Positions 28,035-40,038 of a DNA stretch of 50,280 nt are shown here, piece by piece (position 1 is the stretch's first letter; every line of letters starts with the position of its first letter). The position numbers were made by a program, and so were the translations under genes. The notes under the pieces are model-generated. The model saw only the letters and a program-made list of their open reading frames with translations, was not told where the DNA came from and ran no database searches. The stretch is taken from positions 1 through 50,280 of the forward strand of contig JAVBYA010000055.1 of assembly GCA_030824295.1 (NCBI GenBank). Direction: 5' to 3'. The DNA is from Bacteroidota bacterium. Lineage in GTDB: Bacteria; Bacteroidota; Ignavibacteria; UBA10030; UBA8401.

Positions 28035-28187
28035 ATGAAACGCACATTTCAACCGCACAAACGTAAACGCAGGAACACCCACGGATTCCGTGAGCGCATG
28101 GCCACGAAGAACGGACGCAAGGTCCTTTCCAGCCGCCGTGCCAAAGGACGTCACAAACTGACCGTTAGCGACGAACCGCGTTCATAA
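28035..28187 (+). CDS. rpmH: 50S ribosomal protein L34
   Basis: [42 protein letters not shown], with GGAGA upstream of the ATG. The 23-codon extension in the track is rejected. Confidence 0.97.
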   Translation: MKRTFQPHKRKRRNTHGFRERMATKNGRKVLSSRRAKGRHKLTVSDEPRS

Positions 28188-28248
28188 ACGCGGCGTTGCT
28201 TCCGTTCGTGCTTCTCTCCTCTCGGTCCATCAGGAAGCGGCGGCGTGA

Positions 28249-28635
28249 GTGCGACAGACACTTCCCAAATCCATCATCCTTCGCGGATACCAATCGTTCA
28301 CCAAAGTCATTTCAAGCGGAGCAGCATTTCACGGTACCTTGCTGACCGCGTTCCTGCTGACGGACGCGGATGACAGGAATGTTCTGATCGGATTCTCTGT
28401 ACCCAAAAAACAGGTACCGCTCGCTGCACACCGCATCCGGATCAAACGGCTGATGCGCGAGGCGGTCCGCAAGGACTTTGCCGGCGTCATCACCGCGGCG
28501 GAAGAGCGGGGCATCGGTGCGCGCATCGTGCTGATGTTCCGGCGGGACCGGTCGCACGACATCCTTCGACTGACGCTGCAGGACCTGGAGCCGGCATGGG
28601 CCGATCTCCGGCAGCGGATACTGAAAGCGCTATGA
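28249..28635 (+). CDS. rnpA: Ribonuclease P protein component
   Basis: The position after rpmH, the size and the basic composition fit RnpA ([14 protein letters not shown]..., [13 protein letters not shown]). The start codon is GTG. Confidence 0.85.
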   Translation: MRQTLPKSIILRGYQSFTKVISSGAAFHGTLLTAFLLTDADDRNVLIGFSVPKKQVPLAAHRIRIKRLMREAVRKDFAGVITAAEERGIGARIVLMFRRDRSHDILRLTLQDLEPAWADLRQRILKAL

Positions 28636-28871
28636 GACATCTGTTCATCTTCCTGATCCGCGTGTACCAGATGGTGATCTCGCCGTTCCTTCCGGCGAAT
28701 TCCTGCCGCTTTTTTCCGACCTGCTCCACCTATACGATAGAGTCCATTCAAAAACACGGAGCGCTCAAAGGAGCGCTGCTCGGCTGTGTACGGATCTGTA
28801 AATGTCATCCGTATCACGAGGGCGGCTACGATCCCGTTCCGGACCATTTCTCACTGACGAAACAACACTGA
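28632..28871 (+). CDS. yidD: Membrane protein insertion efficiency factor YidD
   Basis: [36 protein letters not shown]...[17 protein letters not shown]. The ATG overlaps the rnpA stop (ATGA). Confidence 0.93.
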   Translation: MRHLFIFLIRVYQMVISPFLPANSCRFFPTCSTYTIESIQKHGALKGALLGCVRICKCHPYHEGGYDPVPDHFSLTKQH

Positions 28872-28878
28872 CACCAAT

Positions 28879-30678
28879 ATGGGTAGACAAGAGACACTTG
28901 GATTCGTTCTGATCGCCGCCGTGCTGATGGCGTGGATGTACTTCACCTCTCCGCAGCGGCAGCCGCAGCAATCCTCCGCGCCGGCATCGGCAGAGACATC
29001 CGCCGTATCATCCCCGGTTCCGCAAAGCTCCTCCGGCACGATCGCACCGCAGCAGCAGGCAGCAGTGCCGGCGCCGGTCTCCGACCGGTACGGGAAATAC
29101 TTCAGCGGCACCGATGCCGGAACAGAACAGATCATCACGATCGAAACGGACCACTACATCGCCGAGCTCTCCACCAAAGGGGGAACAGTGAAACGGTGGA
29201 CGCTGAAGAAGCATTCCACCTGGGATCGTCATCCCGTGCAGATGGTGAACGATGCGTCGGGTGATTTCAACGTGCTCTTCACGACGACGGACGGACGGAC
29301 CATCAACACGAAGAACCATTATTTCCAACCGTCGGTCAGCACGAACGGAACGGTCCGCCTGACGGATGAGCAGACCTACACGCTGCAGTTCACGCTGAAG
29401 GCGGCCGAAGGGAACATCGTCAAGACGATGGTGTTCAAGAACGGCACGTACGATTTCGATGGGGGTGTATCGTTCAACAACATGCAGAACGTTGTAGCGA
29501 ACTACGAGTATCAGATCCTGTGGGAACACGGGGTGACGTACACGGAATACAACAGTGTGGATGAATCCAATCTTGCGGCGGCGTACACGTACGGCGGAGG
29601 CGAACTGAAAGAGGTGAACGCGGCTTCGGACGGTGAAGCACCCAAGGAGGATCCGAGCGGTCAGACCGACTGGGTCGCCGTGCGGAGCAAGTATTTCGCC
29701 GTGGCGATGATGGCCAAGGATAAACAGGCGGCCGGTGCGTACCTGGAAGGTGAGCACCGAACGGCGGCGAACGGCGGCGTGGTGGAGAAGTATTCCATCG
29801 CACTCAAATATCCATACAAGAACACCATCCAGGAAACGGCATGGGTCACCATGTTCATCGGTCCGCTGGAGTTCACCACCATCAAATCGTACGACCGGGA
29901 CCTGGACAAGATCATGTCGCTCGGCTGGTCATGGATCCGTCCCATCACCGAGTACATCTTCATCCCACTGTTCCGCCTGCTGCACTCGTTCATCTCCAAC
30001 TACGGATTGGTGATCATCATCTTCTCCATCCTCATCAAACTGGCGCTGCAGCCGCTGACCAAGTCCAGCATGAACTCCATGCGCCGGATGCAGAAACTGC
30101 AGCCGATGATGCAGGAGCTGCGCGAGAAGTACAAGAACGATGCGAACCAGATGAACATCCAGACCATGAAATTGTACAAGGATTACGGGGTGAATCCTGC
30201 CGGCGGATGTCTGCCGTTGCTGCTCCAGCTTCCGATCCTGTACGCGCTCTATTCGCTCTTCACCGCCTCCATCGAGCTGCGGCAGGAGCCGTTCATCTTC
30301 TGGATGACCGACCTCTCCGTGCCGGACGTGCTCATTCCCCTGCCGTTCACCATCCCGCTGCTTGGCAATTTCATCAGCGGTCTGACCCTGGCGATGGGCA
30401 TCACGATGTTCGTGCAGCAGAAGCAGACGGTCACCGACCCGTCCCAGCAGGCACTGGTATGGATGATGCCGATCATGATGACGGTGATGTTCAACCACTT
30501 CCCGTCCGGTCTGAACCTGTATTATTTCGTCTTCAACCTGCTCTCCATCGGACAGCAATATTACTTCAACATGCGTCATAAGGACGAGCCGCTGCAGAAG
30601 GTGCCGGAGCACAAGCGCAAACCGGGCTTCCTGGAGAAGATGCAGCAGAAGATACCACAGCAGCCCAAGAAGAAATAA
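28879..30678 (+). CDS. yidC: Membrane protein insertase YidC (long, Gram-negative type)
   Basis: A large periplasmic P1 domain is followed by the conserved core (GLVIIIFSILIKLALQPLT, MQKLQPMMQELREKYKND, GVNPAGGCLPLLLQLPI). Confidence 0.95.
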   Translation: MGRQETLGFVLIAAVLMAWMYFTSPQRQPQQSSAPASAETSAVSSPVPQSSSGTIAPQQQAAVPAPVSDRYGKYFSGTDAGTEQIITIETDHYIAELSTKGGTVKRWTLKKHSTWDRHPVQMVNDASGDFNVLFTTTDGRTINTKNHYFQPSVSTNGTVRLTDEQTYTLQFTLKAAEGNIVKTMVFKNGTYDFDGGVSFNNMQNVVANYEYQILWEHGVTYTEYNSVDESNLAAAYTYGGGELKEVNAASDGEAPKEDPSGQTDWVAVRSKYFAVAMMAKDKQAAGAYLEGEHRTAANGGVVEKYSIALKYPYKNTIQETAWVTMFIGPLEFTTIKSYDRDLDKIMSLGWSWIRPITEYIFIPLFRLLHSFISNYGLVIIIFSILIKLALQPLTKSSMNSMRRMQKLQPMMQELREKYKNDANQMNIQTMKLYKDYGVNPAGGCLPLLLQLPILYALYSLFTASIELRQEPFIFWMTDLSVPDVLIPLPFTIPLLGNFISGLTLAMGITMFVQQKQTVTDPSQQALVWMMPIMMTVMFNHFPSGLNLYYFVFNLLSIGQQYYFNMRHKDEPLQKVPEHKRKPGFLEKMQQKIPQQPKKK

Positions 30679-30700
30679 GAACGGACCATCAAGAAACTCG

Positions 30701-30735
30701 AACGCCCGGCATCACTGCCGGGCGTTCGTCGTTTT
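30701..30735 (+). terminator. Rho-independent terminator between convergent yidC and kdpE
   Basis: AACGCCCGGCA/TGCCGGGCGTT 11-bp stem with a 4-nt loop, then CGTCGTTTT. Confidence 0.8.
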
Positions 30736-30754
30736 AAATACCGGAAGTACGGCG

Positions 30755-31456
30755 TCACTCCGCCGCACACCGGTAGCCGATACCGGATTCCGTAATGAAC
30801 AGCTGCGGAGCATTCGGATCATCCTCCAGCTTCTTCCGCAGCTGACCGACGTACACTCTGGTATATTGCGATTCCTCCGCATACTTCGGTCCCCACACCT
30901 GCTCCAGGATGTAGGCGTGCGTCAGCACCCGTCCGATATTCCGCATGAAGAGCGACAACAGCGAGAATTCGGTCGGTGTCAGCCGGACCGGCTCCCCCTG
31001 TTTCGTTACCGTGTGGGCGTCCAGGTCCACCGTGAGTCCGCCGAGCGTCACGACCGGTCCGCGCGCAGCGGCGGCGTTGTACACCCGGAGCGCCACCCGT
31101 ACCCGCGCCACCAGTTCTCCGGTGCGGAACGGTTTGGTCAGATAATCGTTGGCGCCGGAATCGAGCGCGGAAATGATGTCGAGCTCATCCTTGCGTGCGG
31201 AGAGGATGATGATCGGATACTTCGCCCACCGCCGCACGTTCTTGAGGACCTCAATGCCGTCCATATCCGGCAGACCAAGATCGAGGATGATCAGATCGGA
31301 CGGATGCGTCTCAGCGCTGCGGACAGCTTCGGAGCCGTTCTCTGCCAGCACGACCTTGTACCCTTCACCCTCCAGCGTGGTCCTCAACAGTCTGCGCATC
31401 TGCGCTTCGTCATCCACGACCAGGATCTGCGCCATATGTTCGTTCATGTCATTCAT
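30755..31456 (-). CDS. kdpE: OmpR-family response regulator KdpE
   Basis: A receiver domain (ILVVDDE...DLIILDLGLPDMDG) is joined to a winged-helix output (LTPTEFSLLSLFMRN.GRVLTH..IL..VWG). The gene lies downstream of kdpD. Alternative starts at 31447 or 31435 are possible. Confidence 0.9.
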   Translation of the reverse strand: MNDMNEHMAQILVVDDEAQMRRLLRTTLEGEGYKVVLAENGSEAVRSAETHPSDLIILDLGLPDMDGIEVLKNVRRWAKYPIIILSARKDELDIISALDSGANDYLTKPFRTGELVARVRVALRVYNAAAARGPVVTLGGLTVDLDAHTVTKQGEPVRLTPTEFSLLSLFMRNIGRVLTHAYILEQVWGPKYAEESQYTRVYVGQLRKKLEDDPNAPQLFITESGIGYRCAAE

Positions 31457-34106
31457 AATGTTGGTGCATCTCCGCAGGAAGGGTGATGGTGAATTCGCCG
31501 CCGCCGCCGTTCCTGTTGCGGACCGTGATCGTTCCTTTCTGTGCTTCGACGAATCCTTTCACGATCGAAAGTCCGAGTCCGGTGCCGCCGGAACGCGAAC
31601 CGGGAACACGGTAGAACTTCTCGAACAGATGCGGAAGCGCCTCGGAGGGAATGCCGGGACCGTTGTCCGAAACCACGAAGCGGCACACGCCTGCCTCGAC
31701 CGTTGCGGAGATCTCCACCACCGCATCTGCCGGCGCGTAGAGAGAACAGTTCAGCAGCAGATTGGTGAACACCTGCTCCATCAATCCATGGTCCATCTTG
31801 ATCAGCGGGAATCCTTCCGGCAGCGAGATGCGGAGCGTCCGTCCCGAAAGCTCTTTCTGCAGTTTGTGGACCGTGCTCCGGATCAGGTCGTTCACGTCGC
31901 ACCAGTCCATCTTCGGCGCCAGCTGACCCGACTCCAGACGCGTCATATCGAGCAGGTTCTCCACGAGCCGGTTCAGCCGTTCCGCCGCCGTCTGTATCTC
32001 TCCGACATCCTCTTTCCGGTGAGCGTTGTTCGATAATCCTTCTGCGGCTCCGAGGATCGCGGCGATCGGCGTGCGGAGTTCGTGGGAGATGGAGTTGAAG
32101 AGCGTGCGGTACAATTTTTCCGATTCCGCGAACACCACGGTCTGTTTTGCCAGTTCGTTCAACTGTTCCCGTTCCAGCGTCGAAGCGATCTGCGCGATGA
32201 AATTCTGCAGCAGCGACTCCTGCTCCGCCGGGAACTGTTTCTCACCGCCGTTCTTCACGCCGATCACACCGAGGGGATAACGCGGGCCGGAGATGGGATA
32301 ATATGTTGCCGCTGCCGACGGAAGAGTATCGGTGAATCTGCCCGCCTTCTTCTCGTTCCAATAGACCCAGGCCGCTACGCCGAATTCCTTCTCGTCCACC
32401 GTGAACATGCTGGTGCGGTGGGCAGCGGAGAAGATATCACCGTCCGGCTGGCAGAGGAAGATCGCCACCTGCGACGCGAAGAAGGATGAGACATTCTTCA
32501 CTGCGGCGGCGGCGACTTCATCCTGTGTTTTGGCAGCGGTGAGCTGTTTGGTCAGCGCGAACAGTGCGGAGGAATGCTCTTCCCGCTGCCGCACGGCCCG
32601 CTCCCGCGCACGGATGCGTGCGGTGAGTGTTCCGGTGACGGCGGCAATAGCGAAATAGGTGAGGAACATCAGGATGTCCTGCGGAAGTCCGATGGCGAAC
32701 GTGAACCTCGGCGGGATGTAGAAGAAGTTCCACAGCATCGCGCTCATTCCCGCGGCCAGCAGCACCGGTCCGACGCCGAACTTCAGCGGCAGCAGCGCAA
32801 CGATCAGCAGCAGAATGAGAGAGACCGTTTGATATCCCAGATATCCGGAGAAGGGATAACAGACCAGCGCAGAAAGGAAGATGATGATGGCGGCGGCGGA
32901 ATATTGGGCGATACCGGAATGGAACTCCGGCACGATCATCCGGTGCGGACGAACGGCATCCTCTTCATGTTCACCGACCACGTACACATCCAGATCGCCG
33001 CTCTGTCCGATCACCCGGTCCAGCAGCGACCGCCGGAAGTACGAGTTGTTGACCGTTTTGCCGATGAGGATCTGTGTGGCGTTCTGCCTCCTCGCCGTCC
33101 TGACGAGAGCGCCGGCCACATCCTCATCCGCCGTGGTGACGATCTCTGCGCCAAGATCGGTCGCAAGTTTTATGTTGCTGTTCAATTGTTTGCGCGCATC
33201 ATCCGAAAGCATTTTGGATGTTTCGACATGCACGGCGATCCACGTGGCGTTCAGCGTGTAGGACATTCTTCGCGCCCACCGGATGAGCGGCACAGCAGAA
33301 GGGCTGGGGCTGACCCCCACCAGCAGCCGCTGGCCGGATTTCCACGTTTCCGTGATCCGCTCGGACTGCATATAGTCGCGCAGCTGATGGTCCACCCGCT
33401 CTGCGGTGAGACGCAGGGACATTTCCCGCAGCGCCGTGAGGTTCCCCTTCCGGAAGAAATTCTCGACCGCCTGACGCGATCGGTCCGGAGCATACACCTT
33501 TCCTTCTTCCAGCCGCTTCAGAAGGTCCTCGGGAGAGATATCGATCAGTTCCACTTCGTCCGCCTGTTCGAAGATCGAATCCGGCACGGTCTCCCGGACA
33601 ATGGAACCGCTGATCTGTGCGACTGTATCCGCGCGGCTTTCCAGGTGCTGCACATTGAGGGTCGTGTACACATCGATGCCGTTCTCCAGCAGCTCCATCA
33701 CATCCTGATAGCGGCGGCTGTGACGGCTTCCGGGAGCATTCGTGTGGGCGAGTTCATCGACGAGGGCGATCCTGGGTCTGCGGGTAAGGAGTGCGTCCAG
33801 ATCCATCTCTTCCAGCACAATGCCGCGGTACTCGATCCGCTTTCTCGGTACGATCTCCAGTCCGGCGACCAGCGCTTCCGTTTCCGCACGTTTATGCGTT
33901 TCGATATACCCGATGACGACATCGATCCCCTTGGACCGTACTTCGTGGGACGACCGGAGCATGTCATACGTTTTTCCGGCACCGGCGGACATCCCGAAGA
34001 AGATCTTCAGTTTTCCCCGCTTGGAATGTTCCTCTTCCTTCTTCAGTGCCTGCAGAAGAGCATCCGGATCAGGACGGTGTTCGTTCGACGTGTTCATTGA
34101 CTCCAA
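31449..34106 (-). CDS. kdpD: Sensor histidine kinase KdpD
   Basis: The N-terminal KdpD domain has a P-loop (GMSAGAGKTYDML). It is followed by a Usp-like region, a 4-TM block, the HisKA H-box (SISHELRTPI) and a HATPase domain (DNGPGIP, GGTGLGLSI). Confidence 0.95.
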   Translation of the reverse strand: MESMNTSNEHRPDPDALLQALKKEEEHSKRGKLKIFFGMSAGAGKTYDMLRSSHEVRSKGIDVVIGYIETHKRAETEALVAGLEIVPRKRIEYRGIVLEEMDLDALLTRRPRIALVDELAHTNAPGSRHSRRYQDVMELLENGIDVYTTLNVQHLESRADTVAQISGSIVRETVPDSIFEQADEVELIDISPEDLLKRLEEGKVYAPDRSRQAVENFFRKGNLTALREMSLRLTAERVDHQLRDYMQSERITETWKSGQRLLVGVSPSPSAVPLIRWARRMSYTLNATWIAVHVETSKMLSDDARKQLNSNIKLATDLGAEIVTTADEDVAGALVRTARRQNATQILIGKTVNNSYFRRSLLDRVIGQSGDLDVYVVGEHEEDAVRPHRMIVPEFHSGIAQYSAAAIIIFLSALVCYPFSGYLGYQTVSLILLLIVALLPLKFGVGPVLLAAGMSAMLWNFFYIPPRFTFAIGLPQDILMFLTYFAIAAVTGTLTARIRARERAVRQREEHSSALFALTKQLTAAKTQDEVAAAAVKNVSSFFASQVAIFLCQPDGDIFSAAHRTSMFTVDEKEFGVAAWVYWNEKKAGRFTDTLPSAAATYYPISGPRYPLGVIGVKNGGEKQFPAEQESLLQNFIAQIASTLEREQLNELAKQTVVFAESEKLYRTLFNSISHELRTPIAAILGAAEGLSNNAHRKEDVGEIQTAAERLNRLVENLLDMTRLESGQLAPKMDWCDVNDLIRSTVHKLQKELSGRTLRISLPEGFPLIKMDHGLMEQVFTNLLLNCSLYAPADAVVEISATVEAGVCRFVVSDNGPGIPSEALPHLFEKFYRVPGSRSGGTGLGLSIVKGFVEAQKGTITVRNRNGGGGEFTITLPAEMHQHYE

Positions 34107-34163
34107 TATACGGAATGCATTTCATGAAAGAAAAATCGCACCGCCCGGCATGCAAGACACCGG

Positions 34164-34756
34164 TCAAAAAGGAGGCGGATAACCCTTCTCCAATGCATCC
34201 AATGCCAGGTTCAGGCTCAGCACATTGATGCGCGGTTCGCCGAACAGGGCGTATTGCGGCGGTTCTATGCAGCGCATCACAAGCTCCTTCAGAGCATCGC
34301 TCTTCTGCGTGTCGAATCCTCGTGCGGCGGCGACCCTCTCCATCTGCAGCAGCGCAGCGTCAGGACTGATATGAGGGTCTACCCCGCTGCCGGACGCAAA
34401 GAGCATCTCTTTGGGCACGACCACATCGCCCGGCACACCGTTCTTCCGGATGAATGCATCCCGCCGCGCAGCAACAGAATCCGCCATGCGCGCATCGGTA
34501 GGTCCCCAGTTGCTGCCGCCGGAGGGAACGGGATCGTACGCGATGGCCGAAGGACGCGGATGGAAATATCGATCGCCGGTGAATCCCTGTCCGATCAGCT
34601 CGGAGCCGACGACCCGGCCGTTCCGTTCGACCATGCTGCCGTTCGCCTGATAGGGAAAGATACCGAGCGCGACGAACGTTATGCCGACCGGATACAGAAT
34701 TCCGGTGAGGATGGTGAAGAATATCAGGATGCGAACGGAGGGCATGATGGTTGTTC

Positions 34757-34760
<4 letters not shown>
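34164..34760 (-). CDS. kdpC: K+-transporting ATPase subunit KdpC
   Basis: I placed the start at [24 protein letters not shown], whose ATG overlaps the kdpB stop (ATGA). The [11 protein letters not shown] motif is present. Confidence 0.9.
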
Positions 34761-36850
<2,090 letters not shown>

Positions 36851-36941
36851 ATAAAATTCTTTCTCCCGCTGCGCTGCGGGTGTGTTCCGTTCAACGGGAA
36901 TCTTTGCTTTGCAATGCAGTACCGTAGTTCGTGCCGGATGA

Positions 36942-38645
36942 TCAAAATACTTTTCCGTTCAGCATCAGGAAGTGTTCGGCGACCGGCCCGAGCACCTGCG
37001 CGGGGATGAATGTGAGTGCGCCGACGATCAGCATGGTGCCGGTCAACAATACACCAAAGAGGAATGTATCGGTCGGGAATGTGCCTGAGGATAACGGCGT
37101 GATCTTTTTCTGTGCAAGACTCCCTGCGATGGCAAGCATGGGAACGATCACGCCGAACCGTCCGATGAGCATGTTGATCCCCAGCAGCGTATTGTAGAAC
37201 GGTGTATTCGCTGTGAGTCCGGCAAATGCGCTGCCGTTGTTCCCCGCGGTGGATGCGAACGCGTACAGGATCTCCGAAAAACCGTGCGGTCCCTGATTGT
37301 TCAGTCCCGCGAGACCGGCATCGGCAACGGAAGCCAGCGCGGTAAAGAGAAGGATGCCGGCGCTGGGAAGCAGCATGGCGATCGCCGCCATCCGCACCTC
37401 GAACGATTCGATCTTCTTCCCCAGATATTCCGGGGTCCGCCCCACCATCAGTCCGGCGATGAATACAGTGAGGATGATGAAGATCATCATGCCGTACAAT
37501 CCCGCGCCCACTCCGCCAAAGATGATCTCGCCAAGCATGATGTTCATCATCGCTACGGTTCCGGAGAGCGGGGAAAAGGAATCATGCATGGAGTTCACCG
37601 ATCCGTTCGATGCGGCAGTCGTGGCGACGGACCAGAGGATGCTGTTGGCAACGCCGAAGCGTGTCTCTTTTCCCTCCATTCCACCTCCAACCCCGGTCAC
37701 CGCGTTGACGGTGTATTCCGACCAGAGCGAGAGCGTCACACCCGCAGCGAACAGGAAGAACATCACGCCCCACACGACCCAGGCATGACGTCTCGCATTC
37801 ACCATCGCGCCGAACATATACACCAGAGCTGACGGTATCAGAAGGATCGAGAGCATCTGCAGGAAATTCGAGAATGGTGTTGGATTCTCGTGCGGATATG
37901 CGCTGTTCATATTGAAGAAGCCGCCGCCGTTCGTGCCGAGCTGTTTTATCGCCACCTGCGAAGCGGCCGGGCCGAGCGGGATCGTTTGCTGCACCCCTTC
38001 CAGCGTCGTGACGGTGCGGGAGCCGGAAAATGTCTGCACCACCCCCTCGCTCACAAGGAAGAGCGACAGAATGATGGAGAGAGGAAGCAGCAGGTAAACG
38101 ATCGAACGGGTGAGATCGGCCCAAAAATTCCCGATGCTGCCGGTCGACCTTCCGGCGATGCCGCGCACCAGCGCCAGCAGCACTGCGATACCGGTTGCAG
38201 CGCTGACAAAATTCTGCACTGTCAATCCAAGCATTTGCACAAGATAACTGAGCGTCACTTCTCCCGCGTACGACTGCCAGTTGGTGTTCGTCATGAAACT
38301 GACCGCAGTATTGAAGGCCAGATGCCACGAAACATCAGGCAGCTGCTGCGGGTTGAACGGTAGAGACGACTGGAAGAACTGCAGCAGGAAAACGACCGCG
38401 AATCCGAACGCGTTGAACGAAAGAAGACTCCACAGATATCCCTTCCAGTCCATCGCTTTGTCCGGATCGATGCCGGAAACACGATAGGCAACGCGCTCGA
38501 GCCATCCCAGAGCGGGGGTGAGAAACGTCCTTTCACCGCGGAAGACCATTGCCATCAGTTTTCCCAGCGGCGGGGTCAGCAGGAACAATGCGAGAGCATA
38601 GAGCATCAGCTGGATCAGTTCGGATACGGTGATCATAGTAGTCAT
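36942..38645 (-). CDS. kdpA: K+-transporting ATPase subunit KdpA
   Basis: The protein is KdpA-like along its full length ([17 protein letters not shown], selectivity-filter-like repeats). The start [12 protein letters not shown] is preceded by AGGAAAGGAAATG. The 35-codon extension in the track is rejected. Confidence 0.95.
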   Translation of the reverse strand: MTTMITVSELIQLMLYALALFLLTPPLGKLMAMVFRGERTFLTPALGWLERVAYRVSGIDPDKAMDWKGYLWSLLSFNAFGFAVVFLLQFFQSSLPFNPQQLPDVSWHLAFNTAVSFMTNTNWQSYAGEVTLSYLVQMLGLTVQNFVSAATGIAVLLALVRGIAGRSTGSIGNFWADLTRSIVYLLLPLSIILSLFLVSEGVVQTFSGSRTVTTLEGVQQTIPLGPAASQVAIKQLGTNGGGFFNMNSAYPHENPTPFSNFLQMLSILLIPSALVYMFGAMVNARRHAWVVWGVMFFLFAAGVTLSLWSEYTVNAVTGVGGGMEGKETRFGVANSILWSVATTAASNGSVNSMHDSFSPLSGTVAMMNIMLGEIIFGGVGAGLYGMMIFIILTVFIAGLMVGRTPEYLGKKIESFEVRMAAIAMLLPSAGILLFTALASVADAGLAGLNNQGPHGFSEILYAFASTAGNNGSAFAGLTANTPFYNTLLGINMLIGRFGVIVPMLAIAGSLAQKKITPLSSGTFPTDTFLFGVLLTGTMLIVGALTFIPAQVLGPVAEHFLMLNGKVF

Positions 38646-38691
38646 TTCCTTTCCTTCACACGGGGGCCAATGGTCTCCGGCCGGCCGTGCG

Positions 38692-38769
38692 TTAAAATTT
38701 CTCGGGCATGATGAGCGTGTATACAAGATAGATGAGCAGAAGCACGGCAACGATGGAAGCGATGATCAC
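38692..38769 (-). CDS. kdpF: KdpF small hydrophobic subunit (25 aa, not in the ORF track)
   Basis: A minus-strand reading from GTG gives (M)IIASIVAVLLLIYLVYTLIMPEKF*. The P-E-K-F end and single TM helix are typical of KdpF. AAAGGA lies 8 nt upstream of the start, and the stop is 46 nt before the kdpA ATG. Confidence 0.7.
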   Translation of the reverse strand: MIIASIVAVLLLIYLVYTLIMPEKF

Positions 38770-38859
38770 GGGGAAGGTCCTTTCACATTGTGATGAGGAC
38801 AATGTGCCGAACCGGACGAAGAAAGGGAATTCCGAAGAGATAAAAAGAGAAGCGGATTC

Positions 38860-38876
38860 TATAAAGATGTTATAAA
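38860..38876 (-). promoter_or_regulatory. Candidate KdpE operator (direct repeat TTTATA-N5-TTTATA)
   Basis: The minus strand reads TTTATAACATCTTTATA, 91-107 nt upstream of the kdpF start. As I recall it, the E. coli KdpE site has TTTATA/TTTACA half-sites spaced 5 bp apart. Confidence 0.45.
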
Positions 38877-38886
38877 AACGAGGGAA

Positions 38887-40038
38887 TTATCGGCCGGAAT
38901 GATCGTGGTTGCCGGGCGTACACACGGCCGCAAGAAAGGATTCCACCGCAGCGCGGCCGATCTGTCCGCCGGGACCGTTGAAATTGTAATCGAAGGCATG
39001 CGTTCCCCACGGCAGCTCGATGTAGAGGTGCCGCACGCCATGCTCCGATAACCGCTTCGCCAATCTCTCGCTCTGCCGGTACCAGGTGAGCGGGTCCTTT
39101 GCGCCGTGAATGAGCAGCATGGGAGGAACAGCAGGATCGATGTGATGATAGGACGATGCGTCGCGGTACCGTTCCGGCTGTTGTTCCAGCGGACCGTTCA
39201 GGAAGTTGTGCAGCAATGTTCGTGAATCCAGGATGTCCGGTTCCGGCAACAGATGTTCGTAGGCGAAGACGAGATCGGCCGGCGAATAGAACCCGATGCA
39301 TCCGCGGATGGTCGGATCATGCGCCGTGCACGCCGCGGCCTCGGCGATCTGTCCGCCGGCAGAACGACCGAACAGGACGAAGCGGGAGGGATCGATGCCG
39401 AACCGTTCCGCATTCGTCTTCAGGAATTCGATCGCCTCCATCGTATCCTCTTTCTGCGCCGGCCAGTGATGCGCCGGAGCGAAACGGTACTCGATGCATG
39501 CAACAGCATACCCGATGGATGCAAGATGGCGGCTCATCATACCGAACTCCGCAGGGGAACCGCTGTCCCACCCGCCGGTATGAACGATGACGACACACGG
39601 CGCCGGGACAGCACGATGTGCGCGGAACAGCAGAAGCTGCAGTTCTCCGTCGTTCCGCCGGACGTACGAATGCCGCTCCGGCTCCATTGCCGGAGGGAAT
39701 GTGCCGAACCATAAACGCCGCCACGAAAAAACCGGTCCGCTCATGGAAGAGATCCCGAACAGTGCGGAGAGGCGGCGCGAGACGGAGCGCGACATGCGGA
39801 AAGCGCTTACGGAAGGATACAGCAGGATGAGTGAAGCGATTGCAGCAACAACAGAGGTCATCATCGCGATCGGTGTATCGGTCCCTGCCGTGATGAGCAG
39901 CGCAAGCGGCAGCAGGACGAAATAATGACCGAACTCGGTCGCAGCGAGGGAGACCTTCCACAAGAACGGAGACCGCAGGTCCAGGAACAGGAGCAGTCCG
40001 CACAAGAGCAGCAGCAGCGAAGCGATCAGCGCGGTCAT
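38887..40038 (-). CDS. Membrane-anchored alpha/beta hydrolase (esterase/lipase-like)
   Basis: Three or four N-terminal TM helices are followed by VVIVHTGGWDSG (an HGGG-like oxyanion motif), the nucleophile elbow GRSAGG, and LLIHGAKD near the C-terminus. Confidence 0.8.
   Translation of the reverse strand: MTALIASLLLLLCGLLLFLDLRSPFLWKVSLAATEFGHYFVLLPLALLITAGTDTPIAMMTSVVAAIASLILLYPSVSAFRMSRSVSRRLSALFGISSMSGPVFSWRRLWFGTFPPAMEPERHSYVRRNDGELQLLLFRAHRAVPAPCVVIVHTGGWDSGSPAEFGMMSRHLASIGYAVACIEYRFAPAHHWPAQKEDTMEAIEFLKTNAERFGIDPSRFVLFGRSAGGQIAEAAACTAHDPTIRGCIGFYSPADLVFAYEHLLPEPDILDSRTLLHNFLNGPLEQQPERYRDASSYHHIDPAVPPMLLIHGAKDPLTWYRQSERLAKRLSEHGVRHLYIELPWGTHAFDYNFNGPGGQIGRAAVESFLAAVCTPGNHDHSGR

Noticed and set aside
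32574-34100. A 508-aa plus-strand ORF.
   Set aside because: It is antisense to kdpD, which has unambiguous motifs. The composition is the same kind of artefact.
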